NCBI GenBank assembly: GCA_903875055.1 | Contig: CAIQUX010000247.1 | Coordinates: 1-62,771, forward strand | Length of the DNA: 62,771 nt | Direction of reading: 5' to 3' | DNA from: an uncultured Bacteroidota bacterium | Lineage (GTDB): Bacteria; Bacteroidota; Bacteroidia; Chitinophagales; Chitinophagaceae | Shown: in pieces, positions 18,464 through 28,473 of the stretch | Layout of the letters: each line of letters starts with the position of its first letter | Position numbering within the stretch: the first letter of the stretch is position 1 | Position numbers and translations under genes: made by a program | Notes under the pieces: model-generated | Databases searched by the model: none | The model's input: only the letters and a program-made list of their open reading frames with translations | What the model was told of the DNA's origin: nothing

Positions 18464-21286
18464 ATGCAAGTACGTTTTTTGTCAATTACATCCGGTTTTA
18501 CACGAATAGGCTCTTTATTCGTTTTCTTCTCACTTCTATGCGTAGGAGGATATGCTCAAAATATCCTTCATGGAAGATTAACTGATGCAGAAAACGGTGA
18601 AGCACTTACTGGTGCGACTATACTATTGGAAGGTACAGGATATGGGGCAAAAACAGATATTTCCGGTAATTACACTATTAAGAACATTCCTGACGGATCC
18701 TACACCTTATTGGCTAAATACGTATCCTATCAAACGAAGTCTGAATTGATCATTCTTTCAAAAAAGGTTTCACTTGAAAAAAATATCACACTCGACAAAT
18801 CGCACAAAGAACTTAAGAATGTAAAGATCAAGGCCTCAAAGAAAACAAACACCGAGCGTGGTGTAATGACAGAAATCAGAAATGCACAAGTCGTGAGTTC
18901 GGGTGTTTCTGCAGCGCAGATCGCAAGGGCTGCAGATCGAAATGCGGCCGAGGTCATCAAACGTGTACCGGGTGTAACCATCATCAATGATAGATTCATT
19001 AATATCCGTGGTTTGAACGAACGATACAATGAGGTTTGGTTGAATAATGCAACGGCACCCAGTGCAGAGACCGATATCAGAGCATTTAGTTTTGATGTCA
19101 TTCCAAGTGGTGTCATTGACAGGATCTTAGTTTTTAAAACTCCTTCAGCCGAATTGCCTGGTAATTTTGCGGGTGGAGCTGTGAAAATTTTCACGACCTC
19201 CATGCCTGACAAGGACGCACTTACTTTCTCATATTCTTCTTCTTATAGGAATGGCTCGACCTTTCAACCTTATTATTATACGCAACGAAGTAAAACTGAT
19301 TACTTAGGATATGACAATTCGTATAGGGTTTTACCTAAGGATTTGCCAGAATACATCAGTAAGAATGATGCCAATAATTCAATAGTAACCGGAAGTTTTA
19401 AAAATAATTGGGAAATACTAAAAAAGAACGCGTCACCAGACCAACGATTTCAGATTAACTTTCAAAAGCATTGGCAACTGAATAAGCGAATTTCAATCGG
19501 TAATGTAAGCAGCGCTTCATATAGTAGTACCAGCACGACCTACAATGTAATGCGGGCTGATTATGATTCCAATGCGCTTAACTATAAGTCAAAAGATATA
19601 CAAAGCACTCATGCTGTTCAGATAGCTGCCATGGAAAATCTTGCTATCAGATTTGGAAATCATAAGATTGAATGGAAAAATCTGTTAAATCAATCGGGTA
19701 AGGAAATGACCACCTTGCGATCCAATGACTTGCCAGGTGATGTGCCATACAAATATTATGCAATGGGTTATATGTGCAAAAGAACCTTGTTGTCACAGCT
19801 GGCAGGCACGCATCAATTTGAAAAGAGTAAGATATTTTACGACTGGACACTCAGTTATAATAATACCTACCGAAACGAGCCCGATTTGCGTCGAATCAAT
19901 TACACACAATTCATAAGCGGTAATGATACCTTGTACAAGGCTCAGGTAGCCAATGTGGTGGATCCGATTGCAGGAGGAGGTCGTTTTTATCAATCGTTGA
20001 CAGAAAATTCGTTTTCATTGAATCATAATGTGAAACGAAATTTCAATATGGGTAAGATTTCATTGGAAATGACGGCGGGGAACTTTATTGAAAATAGGAC
20101 AAGGAACTTTACAGCACGTGTATTAGGTTATACCATCAAACCAGGATTTAATGCTTATAATTTGACACTGCTGGATATCGATACGATTTTTTCACCGCAA
20201 AACGTAAGAAGTGAAGATCAATTTAAAATAGACGAAACAACCAGTCTGCCAGATAGCTATACAGCTTCCAATTTCTTACTTGCATCCTATGTAGCATCCA
20301 ACATCCGTGTCGGAGATAAGTTGAATGTAAAAATTGGCGCACGCTATGAATACAATGAACAGAAATTAAACAGCTTCACGAATCTTGACAGCAACAGTAA
20401 AGTTTCGTTGAATCTTGTCACTAAGTTCTTGCTTCCTTCTTTGAATGTTTCGTACAATATTAATAAGAAGCAACTCATACGTTTCGCAGCTGGTCAGACT
20501 CTAAACAGACCTGAATTCAGAGAAATCGCCCCGTTCTTCTTTTATGATTTTGACTTGCGTATCGGAAATTATGGATCACTTTACCCAACAACGTATTTCC
20601 CCAAAGGGACCTATTTGAAAGTGGCCAAAGTGATGAATGCCGATATACGATATGAATGGTATGGAGAACAAACCGATATGTTTCATGTAGGTGTATTCTA
20701 TAAACATTTCACTGACCCGATTCAAAAGGTCATTACCTCTGATTATAAAGGGCTGACGTATATCAATGCAAAAAGCGCTACCGTCTATGGAATAGAAATG
20801 GAAGCAAGAAAAAGTCTCTCATTTATTCCATGGAAAGAGGCAAAAAGTTTTACAGCTATCTGTAATGTCACATTGCAAAAGAGCAATCTGATTTTACCAG
20901 ATTTTCCTAATCAGTTAAAGGAAAGTCGATTACAGGGACAATCACCTTATGTTGTGAATGCAGGAATTTATTATCAAAATGACAGCAACAAGATTCAAGC
21001 TTCATTATTGTATAATGTCTTCGGATCCAGAATTTTCGCCATAGGTTCTGACTTCTATGGAAGTACCGCAGAAGCACCTTTTCATAGTCTGGATGCAATG
21101 TTGTCATATAAGATCAACAGATACCTCTCGATCTCCGGAAGTATTCAAAACTTACTCGATCAACAAACCAAACTGATACTCGATAATAACCGAAATCAGA
21201 AGTTTGAAAAATCCGACGCTACCATAAAGAGTTATAAGATGGGATCTTATTTCACACTTGGTGCGAGAATCAATTTACTTAAATAA
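18464..21286 (+). CDS. TonB-dependent outer-membrane transporter
   Basis: Signal peptide, N-terminal carboxypeptidase-regulatory-like domain (LTGATILLEG...TDISGNY), plug (KRVPGVT...IRGLNERYN, FDVIPS..ID), barrel (NRPEFRE.APF, QGQSPY..NAG, NLLD). Confidence 0.93.
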   Translation: MQVRFLSITSGFTRIGSLFVFFSLLCVGGYAQNILHGRLTDAENGEALTGATILLEGTGYGAKTDISGNYTIKNIPDGSYTLLAKYVSYQTKSELIILSKKVSLEKNITLDKSHKELKNVKIKASKKTNTERGVMTEIRNAQVVSSGVSAAQIARAADRNAAEVIKRVPGVTIINDRFINIRGLNERYNEVWLNNATAPSAETDIRAFSFDVIPSGVIDRILVFKTPSAELPGNFAGGAVKIFTTSMPDKDALTFSYSSSYRNGSTFQPYYYTQRSKTDYLGYDNSYRVLPKDLPEYISKNDANNSIVTGSFKNNWEILKKNASPDQRFQINFQKHWQLNKRISIGNVSSASYSSTSTTYNVMRADYDSNALNYKSKDIQSTHAVQIAAMENLAIRFGNHKIEWKNLLNQSGKEMTTLRSNDLPGDVPYKYYAMGYMCKRTLLSQLAGTHQFEKSKIFYDWTLSYNNTYRNEPDLRRINYTQFISGNDTLYKAQVANVVDPIAGGGRFYQSLTENSFSLNHNVKRNFNMGKISLEMTAGNFIENRTRNFTARVLGYTIKPGFNAYNLTLLDIDTIFSPQNVRSEDQFKIDETTSLPDSYTASNFLLASYVASNIRVGDKLNVKIGARYEYNEQKLNSFTNLDSNSKVSLNLVTKFLLPSLNVSYNINKKQLIRFAAGQTLNRPEFREIAPFFFYDFDLRIGNYGSLYPTTYFPKGTYLKVAKVMNADIRYEWYGEQTDMFHVGVFYKHFTDPIQKVITSDYKGLTYINAKSATVYGIEMEARKSLSFIPWKEAKSFTAICNVTLQKSNLILPDFPNQLKESRLQGQSPYVVNAGIYYQNDSNKIQASLLYNVFGSRIFAIGSDFYGSTAEAPFHSLDAMLSYKINRYLSISGSIQNLLDQQTKLILDNNRNQKFEKSDATIKSYKMGSYFTLGARINLLK

Positions 21287-21328
21287 ACAAACATAAAAAT
21301 TTAAAAAAAACAAAAAGAAGTAACAAAA

Positions 21329-23179
21329 ATGAAAAAACAAGTACACATTTTCAGCACGTTGATTGCATTATTATTATGCTTCCGTTCAACCGCACAAACA
21401 TTCACCACGGTCACTATTCAAGACAGTATTTCAACAAATACAACTTGGACCTGCGACAAACAATATCTATTAAAAGGATACGTTTATGTCACTTCAGGAA
21501 CAACACTTACCATTGATCCGGGTGTTATCATTCGCGGGGATAAAAACACCAAAGGTGCTTTGATCATCGAACGCGGTGCCAAAATAATGGCTCTAGGAAC
21601 TGCAGCGTCTCCAATCGTATTTACATCTTCACAACCTGCTGGACAGCGCAGCTATGGTGATTGGGGAGGAGTGATACTTTGTGGTAAATCGCCTGTAAAC
21701 TGGACAGCAGGGCAAGCTCAGGTTGAAGGTGGTCCGCGTTCATTATATGGAGGTACAGATCCTGCCGACAATTCAGGTACTATGCAATATGTACGTATTG
21801 AATTTCCTGGTATCGCGTTTTCACCAAATAATGAAGTAAACGGACTTACATTTTGCGGTGTAGGAACGGGTACAACCATTGATCATATTCAGGTTTCGTA
21901 CAGCGGTGACGATAGTTATGAATGGTTTGGCGGCACTGTCAATACAAAATACATTGTTGCTTACAAAGGATGGGACGATGATTTTGATACAGACAATGGG
22001 TATAACGGAAACAACCAATATGGAATTGCACTTCGTGATCCGTTTGCTGCCGATCAATCAGGTTCAAAATGTTTTGAATCAGACAGCTATCAGGCTGGAA
22101 CCGCCACAGGTTTGGCAGGTGATACTTCGCAAATTACTAAACCTGTATTTTCAAACTTTACATGCATTGGACCATTGGTAAGTCCTACATCAACAAGTTA
22201 TGATCCTCAATATGTCTCGGCTGTTCACATTCGTCGCGGTAGTGCCATCAGTATCATGAACAGTATCATTGCCGGTTATCCGTGTGGTGTATTGGTTGAT
22301 GAATCAGCTGCTACTTTTGGAAGTACGGTTGCAAATATTCAATCCGGTATCCTTCAGTTTAAAAACAATGTAGTATGTGGAATTCCTAACGCTGCACCAC
22401 TCGGATCTAAAGAAGTATTTTATGTAATTAATGGCGCCCGAAGTTTAACACCAACTACAACATGGGCTGACACCACAACCGGTACCCCTTTTGGTACGTA
22501 TGGCGGACCAATGGGATGGATGAAAAATCCTGCAAATTCAAATTGGTTAAAAGCAAACGAGCAAAACGGAGTTAAATTGCAAAATCCATTTAATCAAACC
22601 GGTACGCCTGATTTCTTGCCTACAAGTATTTCCGGAGTAATTTACAATAGTGCCGGACATACTTTCAACACCAATAATCCTATTAACCTAGATACCACAG
22701 GAAGTTATGCAAACTATAATGCACCAGATTTCATCCCAAGTTATTCAAGCTACAAATTGCAAAATCCTTTTTTCCATGCTGAAAATCATATTGGTGCTAT
22801 GAATAACACCGGTAATGTTTCAGATAAATGGACTTCAGGATGGTGTAATTGGGATCCTAATAATACGAATTATGAAGTCGTTTGTTCAGCAACTGCTGTT
22901 CCTGAATATAGCGTATCTGATTTGTATTTGAAAGTGAGTCCTAACCCTGTTACCGCCGATGGTATCCTTGGTTATACCTTAGCCACAGATTCAAAAATCG
23001 ATGTTTCATTATTTAATATGATGGGTGAAAAAGTTGAAACTTTGTATAATAATGCTAATCAATCAAAAGGCAGCTATATTTATCGTTTCAATACTCAAAA
23101 TTTAGTTTCCGGAGTTTATACGATTGTTGTCACTACAAACAACACGATGAAAACTATCAAAATTGCAGTTAAGAAATAA
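21329..23179 (+). CDS. T9SS type-A cargo protein with an acidic beta-helix-like domain
   Basis: Signal peptide; motifs PIVFTS, GDWGG, DNSG..YVRIEF, NEVNGLT, GDDSYEWFGG, DDDFDTDNG; C-terminal VSPNP...FNMMGEKV...SGVY...KIAVKK sorting domain. Confidence 0.85.
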   Translation: MKKQVHIFSTLIALLLCFRSTAQTFTTVTIQDSISTNTTWTCDKQYLLKGYVYVTSGTTLTIDPGVIIRGDKNTKGALIIERGAKIMALGTAASPIVFTSSQPAGQRSYGDWGGVILCGKSPVNWTAGQAQVEGGPRSLYGGTDPADNSGTMQYVRIEFPGIAFSPNNEVNGLTFCGVGTGTTIDHIQVSYSGDDSYEWFGGTVNTKYIVAYKGWDDDFDTDNGYNGNNQYGIALRDPFAADQSGSKCFESDSYQAGTATGLAGDTSQITKPVFSNFTCIGPLVSPTSTSYDPQYVSAVHIRRGSAISIMNSIIAGYPCGVLVDESAATFGSTVANIQSGILQFKNNVVCGIPNAAPLGSKEVFYVINGARSLTPTTTWADTTTGTPFGTYGGPMGWMKNPANSNWLKANEQNGVKLQNPFNQTGTPDFLPTSISGVIYNSAGHTFNTNNPINLDTTGSYANYNAPDFIPSYSSYKLQNPFFHAENHIGAMNNTGNVSDKWTSGWCNWDPNNTNYEVVCSATAVPEYSVSDLYLKVSPNPVTADGILGYTLATDSKIDVSLFNMMGEKVETLYNNANQSKGSYIYRFNTQNLVSGVYTIVVTTNNTMKTIKIAVKK

Positions 23180-23213
23180 ATAGTCTTTATTATTATTTAT
23201 ATATTTTAATCTG

Positions 23214-23242
23214 AAAGGCCGCCCGAAATGGGCGGCTTTGTT
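23214..23242 (+). terminator. Intrinsic terminator
   Basis: AAGGCCGCCC-gaaat-GGGCGGCTTT-GTT. Confidence 0.75.
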
Positions 23243-23283
23243 GTGTATTTAGTATCCTGAAATGACGGTTTTTTCTAGCTTTG

Positions 23284-23341
23284 GTAACCTTATCATAACT
23301 ATTTGGTAAAATTGGTAACATTAAAATAATACAAAAATAAT
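23284..23341 (+). promoter_or_regulatory. Pho-box-like array: two triplets of 11-bp-spaced repeats
   Basis: GTAAC 23284, ATAAC 23295, GTAAA 23306; GTAAC 23315, ATAAT 23326, ATAAT 23337; a -7-like AATCTTTG lies at 23363. Confidence 0.6.
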
Positions 23342-23388
23342 GGATTGAAACACCGTCTTTTCAATCTTTGCAATCTCAATTACTAAAA

Positions 23389-24738
23389 ATGAATTTAAAA
23401 ATTACAAAAACGATTACAAAAATCACCTCGATTGCACTACTGAATGTGCTTTGTATTAGCTCCTTCGCTCAAATCACTGAAAAACCTGAAACCTTGGAAG
23501 ATAAGGTGGATACCTTGTACAGCCGCACGGAATCCTTGATGAATGATGTGGATTATATAAAAAGACTTAAGTTTAGTGGCTATGTTCAGGCACAATATCA
23601 AATAGCCGACACAGCAGGTGCTAAAGGAAATTCGTTTGCCGGTGGTGCTTTTGATGCGAATGTCAATAACAGATTCTTACTTCGCCGTTCACGTATCAAA
23701 ATGGCTTATGACAATAATGATGAATTCGGAAATACGATCACACAGATTGTGGCTCAGATTGATTTGTTCTCAAGTGGCACAGTGGTGATTCGTGATTTCT
23801 ATGGTAAGTTCACTGATCCATGGACACGTTGGTTCGGAATTAAAGCAGGCGCCATGGATAGACCCTTCGGATATGAGGTTACTTATACTTCAGGAACTAG
23901 GGAAACACCTGAACGTGGTCGTATGAGTCAGCTATTATTCCCTGGTGAAAAAGATTTCGGAGCTCAGTTTGTAATTCAGCCAGTCAAACAATCTCGTTTT
24001 AATTTCTTCAAACTGGAAACAGGACTGTATAACGGAACCGGTGTATTGAATAATGATTTCGATAAGAAAAAAGATTGGATCAGTCGTCTTTCTTTCTTTA
24101 AAGCCAATTTCAATGAAACTGTTAAATACAGTGGAGGCTTGAGCTATTACAATGGAGGCCATAAATACGGGACTAAAAATAATTATGAAATGTCAACTTT
24201 GACCAATGGAATTAAGAGTTGGATGCTGAAAGATTCAAATGCAACCAATCTTTCAAAAATTGGGAAAGCTGTTTATTATGGTGTTGACGCACAGGTGAGT
24301 GTAGATTGGAAAGGTGGTTTGTCTACGTTCAGGGCTGAAGGTATTATGGGACAACAGCCAGGTACTGCCAAATCAAGCGGCACGCCACGTACCTTGGTGG
24401 CTGAAGATCTATACTTGCGTAACTTCAACGGAGCCTATCTGTACTTCGTACAAAATATCTTACATACTCATCACAACATTATCGTGAAGTACGATGTGTA
24501 TGATCCAAATACAAAAGTGAAAGGAAACGAAATTGCTTCTAACCTCACATCGTCAGATATTAAATACTCGACCTTAGGATTAGGGTACTTGTTTAACTAT
24601 GATCAAAACTGGAAATTCATGGTGTACAAGGATTTTGTAAAAAATGAAAGCACTGGGCTGAGTGGTTATACCTCTGATGTGAAAAAAGATAATGTCCTTA
24701 CGTTCAGAATTCAATATACATTTAATAAATATCAATAA
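23389..24738 (+). CDS. Phosphate-selective porin (OprO/OprP-like)
   Basis: Signal peptide, short coiled segment, FSGYVQAQY, FLLRRSRIK, RPFGYE..S...PER; directly upstream of pstS; start moved to ATG 23389. Confidence 0.75.
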   Translation: MNLKITKTITKITSIALLNVLCISSFAQITEKPETLEDKVDTLYSRTESLMNDVDYIKRLKFSGYVQAQYQIADTAGAKGNSFAGGAFDANVNNRFLLRRSRIKMAYDNNDEFGNTITQIVAQIDLFSSGTVVIRDFYGKFTDPWTRWFGIKAGAMDRPFGYEVTYTSGTRETPERGRMSQLLFPGEKDFGAQFVIQPVKQSRFNFFKLETGLYNGTGVLNNDFDKKKDWISRLSFFKANFNETVKYSGGLSYYNGGHKYGTKNNYEMSTLTNGIKSWMLKDSNATNLSKIGKAVYYGVDAQVSVDWKGGLSTFRAEGIMGQQPGTAKSSGTPRTLVAEDLYLRNFNGAYLYFVQNILHTHHNIIVKYDVYDPNTKVKGNEIASNLTSSDIKYSTLGLGYLFNYDQNWKFMVYKDFVKNESTGLSGYTSDVKKDNVLTFRIQYTFNKYQ

Positions 24739-24749
24739 TAAGTAAAAAC

Positions 24750-25559
24750 ATGAAGAAAATCTTAATTGCATTATTCGCACTGACATCAGTAGTAAATGCA
24801 CAAACAGTAAAATTAAAAGGGAGTGATACCGTTTTGCCTTTAGCACAAAAAGAAGCAGAACAGTTCAATAAATCAGGAAAAGGTAAAGTAAGTGTAACAG
24901 GAGGAGGAAGCGGTGTAGGTATTGCTTCACTGATTGACGGTACCACTGATATCGCTTCAAGCAGCCGTAAAATCAAGATGGATGAAAAATTAAAAATGCA
25001 GGATGCTGGTAAGAAATACAAGGAAGTCATCATTTCAAAAGATGCTTTAAGTATTATTGTGAATCCTTCAAATCCGGTTCAACAATTGACACGTGAGCAA
25101 ATCGAAGGTATTTTCACCGGTAAAATCACCAATTGGAAAGAAGTAGGTGGCAGCGATATGAAAATTGTTGTGTACAGTCGTGAAACCAGCAGCGGTACCT
25201 ATGAATTCTTTAAAGAATTTGTCATGAACAGAAAGAACTACGCCACCAGTGTATTGAATATGCCTGCAACAGGTGCTATCGTACAAAGTGTTGGTCAAAC
25301 AAAAGGTGCTATAGGATATATCGGAATGGCCTACGACAATGCCTCAGTTCGACAGTTGAAAGTTAGTTATGACAAGGGCAAAACCTATATCATGCCAAGT
25401 TTGGCAAATGCAAAGAATAAAACCTATCCTATCATTCGTCCATTGTTTCTTTACTACAATATGAAGGACGAAGCCAAGATCAAGCCGTTCATTGACTATT
25501 GTCTGAGCGCAGCTGGTCAGCAAATTGTTGAGAAGACAGGTTATGTACCGTTAGATTAA
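24750..25559 (+). CDS. pstS: Phosphate ABC transporter substrate-binding protein
   Basis: KGSDTVLP, GGGSGVG, SSR, SRETSSGTYEFF, YPIIRPL. Confidence 0.95.
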   Translation: MKKILIALFALTSVVNAQTVKLKGSDTVLPLAQKEAEQFNKSGKGKVSVTGGGSGVGIASLIDGTTDIASSSRKIKMDEKLKMQDAGKKYKEVIISKDALSIIVNPSNPVQQLTREQIEGIFTGKITNWKEVGGSDMKIVVYSRETSSGTYEFFKEFVMNRKNYATSVLNMPATGAIVQSVGQTKGAIGYIGMAYDNASVRQLKVSYDKGKTYIMPSLANAKNKTYPIIRPLFLYYNMKDEAKIKPFIDYCLSAAGQQIVEKTGYVPLD

Positions 25560-25609
25560 TCGGGCAACCGTCAACTAAGTAGTATTGTTAATCGATAAGA
25601 AGAAAGGAA

Positions 25610-26803
25610 ATGTTTAAGAAATTAAGTCAGAAAATACAGGTAAGTATCTTGGCCATTTGTAGCCTTGCTACCAGTGTCACTGTTATTTTGATTATTATTT
25701 TCCTTTTCAGTGAGGGTATTTCTTTCTTGGGTATGAAACCTACTGAGGAAGGATATGTGTTGGCTGTCAATACAAAGAACAACCTGAGCAGTATCAGTCC
25801 TGAATTATGTAAGAAGGTCTTTGATCAGGAAGTCGATAACTGGAGTCAGTTAGGTGAAAAAGATATGCCTATCGAATTGGTGAACTCCGATCAGATTGCT
25901 ACTTTTTATTCAGAAGAAGCTATTGGCAGCGAGATGGAGTACCTCGATACCTGTTATAATGATTATGTATCGAAACACGAAGGAGCCTTTGCCGTCATGC
26001 CTAAAAATTATGTCACATCTAAATTCAAAGGACGTATTGTTGAAGTGCAGGAAAATTCCATCGCTTCTTTAGTCACTGGACGTGAATGGTTCCCGACGGC
26101 AAAACCCATTGCTCAATTCGGTATATTGCCTTTGTTAATGGGGACACTTATTGTCAGTCTGGGTGCCATTCTTATCGCCTTGCCTTTCGGACTGGCCTGC
26201 GCTATTTATATGTCTGAAATAGCTAAGAAAGGCCGTCGCAAAATTATGAAGCCATTGGTCGAATTGCTGGCAGGTATTCCGAGTGTCGTCTATGGTTTTT
26301 TCGGATTGATTGTCATCGTACCTCTCATTCAAAAACTCTTTCATCTCGACGTCGGTGAAACAGCCCTTGCCGGAAGTATCATCTTAGGTATCATGGCCTT
26401 GCCTACTATCATCACTATCAGTGAAGATGCCCTCCGTAATGTGCCGAATGCCATGCGTGAAGCGAGTTTGGCTATGGGAGCTACCAAATGGCAAACAATC
26501 TATAAAGTGGTTATTCCGTATGCCATCAGTGGTATCACTACGGCGGCCGTATTAGGAATCGGACGTGCTATCGGTGAAACCATGGCTGTTTTGATGGTTA
26601 CTGGAAATGCTGCTAATGTTACTTTCAATTACCTTAAACCTGTCCGTACCATACCGGCTACGATTGCCGCCGAATTAGGTGAAGCACCAAGCGGCGGTAT
26701 TCATTTCAAAGCCCTGTTTGCATTGGGCTGTATCTTATTCCTGATTACGATGTCGATTAATCTCTATGTAAATTTTGTCTCAAAACGAAGAGGTGTAAAA
26801 TAA
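25610..26803 (+). CDS. pstC: Phosphate ABC transporter permease PstC, with a periplasmic PstS-like insertion
   Basis: ELLAGIPSVVYG, REASLAMGATKW (EAA loop), GRAIGETMAV. Confidence 0.95.
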   Translation: MFKKLSQKIQVSILAICSLATSVTVILIIIFLFSEGISFLGMKPTEEGYVLAVNTKNNLSSISPELCKKVFDQEVDNWSQLGEKDMPIELVNSDQIATFYSEEAIGSEMEYLDTCYNDYVSKHEGAFAVMPKNYVTSKFKGRIVEVQENSIASLVTGREWFPTAKPIAQFGILPLLMGTLIVSLGAILIALPFGLACAIYMSEIAKKGRRKIMKPLVELLAGIPSVVYGFFGLIVIVPLIQKLFHLDVGETALAGSIILGIMALPTIITISEDALRNVPNAMREASLAMGATKWQTIYKVVIPYAISGITTAAVLGIGRAIGETMAVLMVTGNAANVTFNYLKPVRTIPATIAAELGEAPSGGIHFKALFALGCILFLITMSINLYVNFVSKRRGVK

Positions 26804-27645
26804 TGAAAGCTATTACCAAACAAAAGATTGTTTTCAGTATCCTTAAAGTAATGAGCTTTATGGTGATTGCCATTTTATTCCTGATTATAGGGTTTATTTT
26901 CGTCAAAGGTATCGGCGTGATCAATTGGGGGTTCATTTCCAAAATGCCAGAAGAAGGTATGCTAAAGGGCGGTATTCTTCCCGCTATTGTCGGAACCTTG
27001 TGTCTCATCGGAGGAAGTATGCTCTTCGCCTTTCCGATCGGAGTATTCAGTGGCATCTATATCAACGAGTTTCTTAAAGACGGACCATTAAAACGCTTCA
27101 TGCGTCTCATGACAGATAATCTGGCCGGTATTCCGAGTATAGTTTTCGGCTTATTCGGTATGGCCTTATTTGTCAATAAATTAAAGTTCGGCGATAGCAT
27201 ATTGGCAGGTTCTCTTACGCTGGGAATTCTGGCTTTACCTGTGATCATCCGCACCACCGAAGAGGCACTTCGCTCGGTCGATGATCTGCACCGTCAGGCA
27301 AGTTATGCCTTGGGGGCATCAAAATTATATACCATCAAGAAGGTGGTATTGCCAATCGCCTTACCCAATATCATCACCGGACTGATCCTTGCCATCGGCA
27401 GGGTAAGTGGTGAAACGGCTCCCATCCTGTTTACGGTGGCAGCCTATTTTTTACCTAAACTTCCTCATAGCTTATTCGAACAGGCGATGGCATTACCCTA
27501 TCACCTCTATGTACTGGCTACCAGTGGTACTGATATCGAAAAAGCAAAACCGATGGCTTTCGGTACCGCTCTCATCCTGATCACCATAGTACTGATCTGC
27601 AATCTTCTGGCAAATCTGATAAGGGCCAAATTCAAAAAAAAGTAA
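26803..27645 (+). CDS. pstA: Phosphate ABC transporter permease PstA
   Basis: GGILPAIVGT, NLAGIPSIVFGLFG, GRVSGETAP. Confidence 0.95.
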   Translation: MKAITKQKIVFSILKVMSFMVIAILFLIIGFIFVKGIGVINWGFISKMPEEGMLKGGILPAIVGTLCLIGGSMLFAFPIGVFSGIYINEFLKDGPLKRFMRLMTDNLAGIPSIVFGLFGMALFVNKLKFGDSILAGSLTLGILALPVIIRTTEEALRSVDDLHRQASYALGASKLYTIKKVVLPIALPNIITGLILAIGRVSGETAPILFTVAAYFLPKLPHSLFEQAMALPYHLYVLATSGTDIEKAKPMAFGTALILITIVLICNLLANLIRAKFKKK

Positions 27646-27651
27646 GCAACG

Positions 27652-28398
27652 ATGATACAAATAAAGAATGTCAATTTCTATTATAAAGATTTTCACGCAT
27701 TGACCGATATCAATATGCAGATTCCCGACAAAGCGGTCACTGCCTTCATCGGTCCCAGTGGCTGCGGTAAGTCTACCCTGTTACGTCTGATCAACCGTAT
27801 GAATGATCTTATTGATGGTACCCGCCTCACAGGAAACATATTGGTCGAAGGTCAGGATATCTACGATAAGAAGGTCGAAGTAGAAGAACTCAGGAAAAAG
27901 GTAGGCATGGTATTCCAAAAACCCAATCCCTTTCCAAAAACCATTTTCGAAAATGTAGCATACGGATTACGGGTGCAAGGCATGAAGAATGAGTCCGAAA
28001 TAAAAGACAGGGTAGAGGATGCCATTAAAAAGGCAGCTCTATGGAGTGAAGTGGAGCGTATCCTCAATAATAATGCCACCAATTTGTCGGGCGGACAACA
28101 ACAACGACTTTGTATCGCACGTTGTCTGGCGGTTGAACCTCATGTGATCTTGATGGACGAGCCGGCCTCAGCCCTCGATCCGATCAGCACAGCTAAGATT
28201 GAGGAACTGGTGCTTGATCTTAAATCAAAATACACCATCGTCATAGTCACCCACAATATGCAACAGGCCCTTCGTATCAGCGATAATACAGCCTTTTTCT
28301 ATTTGGGTGAATTGGTGGAATACAACAACACTCGTGACATCTTTCATAATCCGGCGCAGGAAAAGACAAAAAATTACGTAACGGGTCAATTCGGGTAA
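27652..28398 (+). CDS. pstB: Phosphate ABC transporter ATP-binding protein
   Basis: [51 protein letters not shown]. Confidence 0.97.
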   Translation: MIQIKNVNFYYKDFHALTDINMQIPDKAVTAFIGPSGCGKSTLLRLINRMNDLIDGTRLTGNILVEGQDIYDKKVEVEELRKKVGMVFQKPNPFPKTIFENVAYGLRVQGMKNESEIKDRVEDAIKKAALWSEVERILNNNATNLSGGQQQRLCIARCLAVEPHVILMDEPASALDPISTAKIEELVLDLKSKYTIVIVTHNMQQALRISDNTAFFYLGELVEYNNTRDIFHNPAQEKTKNYVTGQFG

Positions 28399-28473
28399 TA
28401 ACTTAATCATTCCATAATATTAATCATTCGCCCTCTATATTACTTTTACACAATTACTATTAAATCATAAGCA

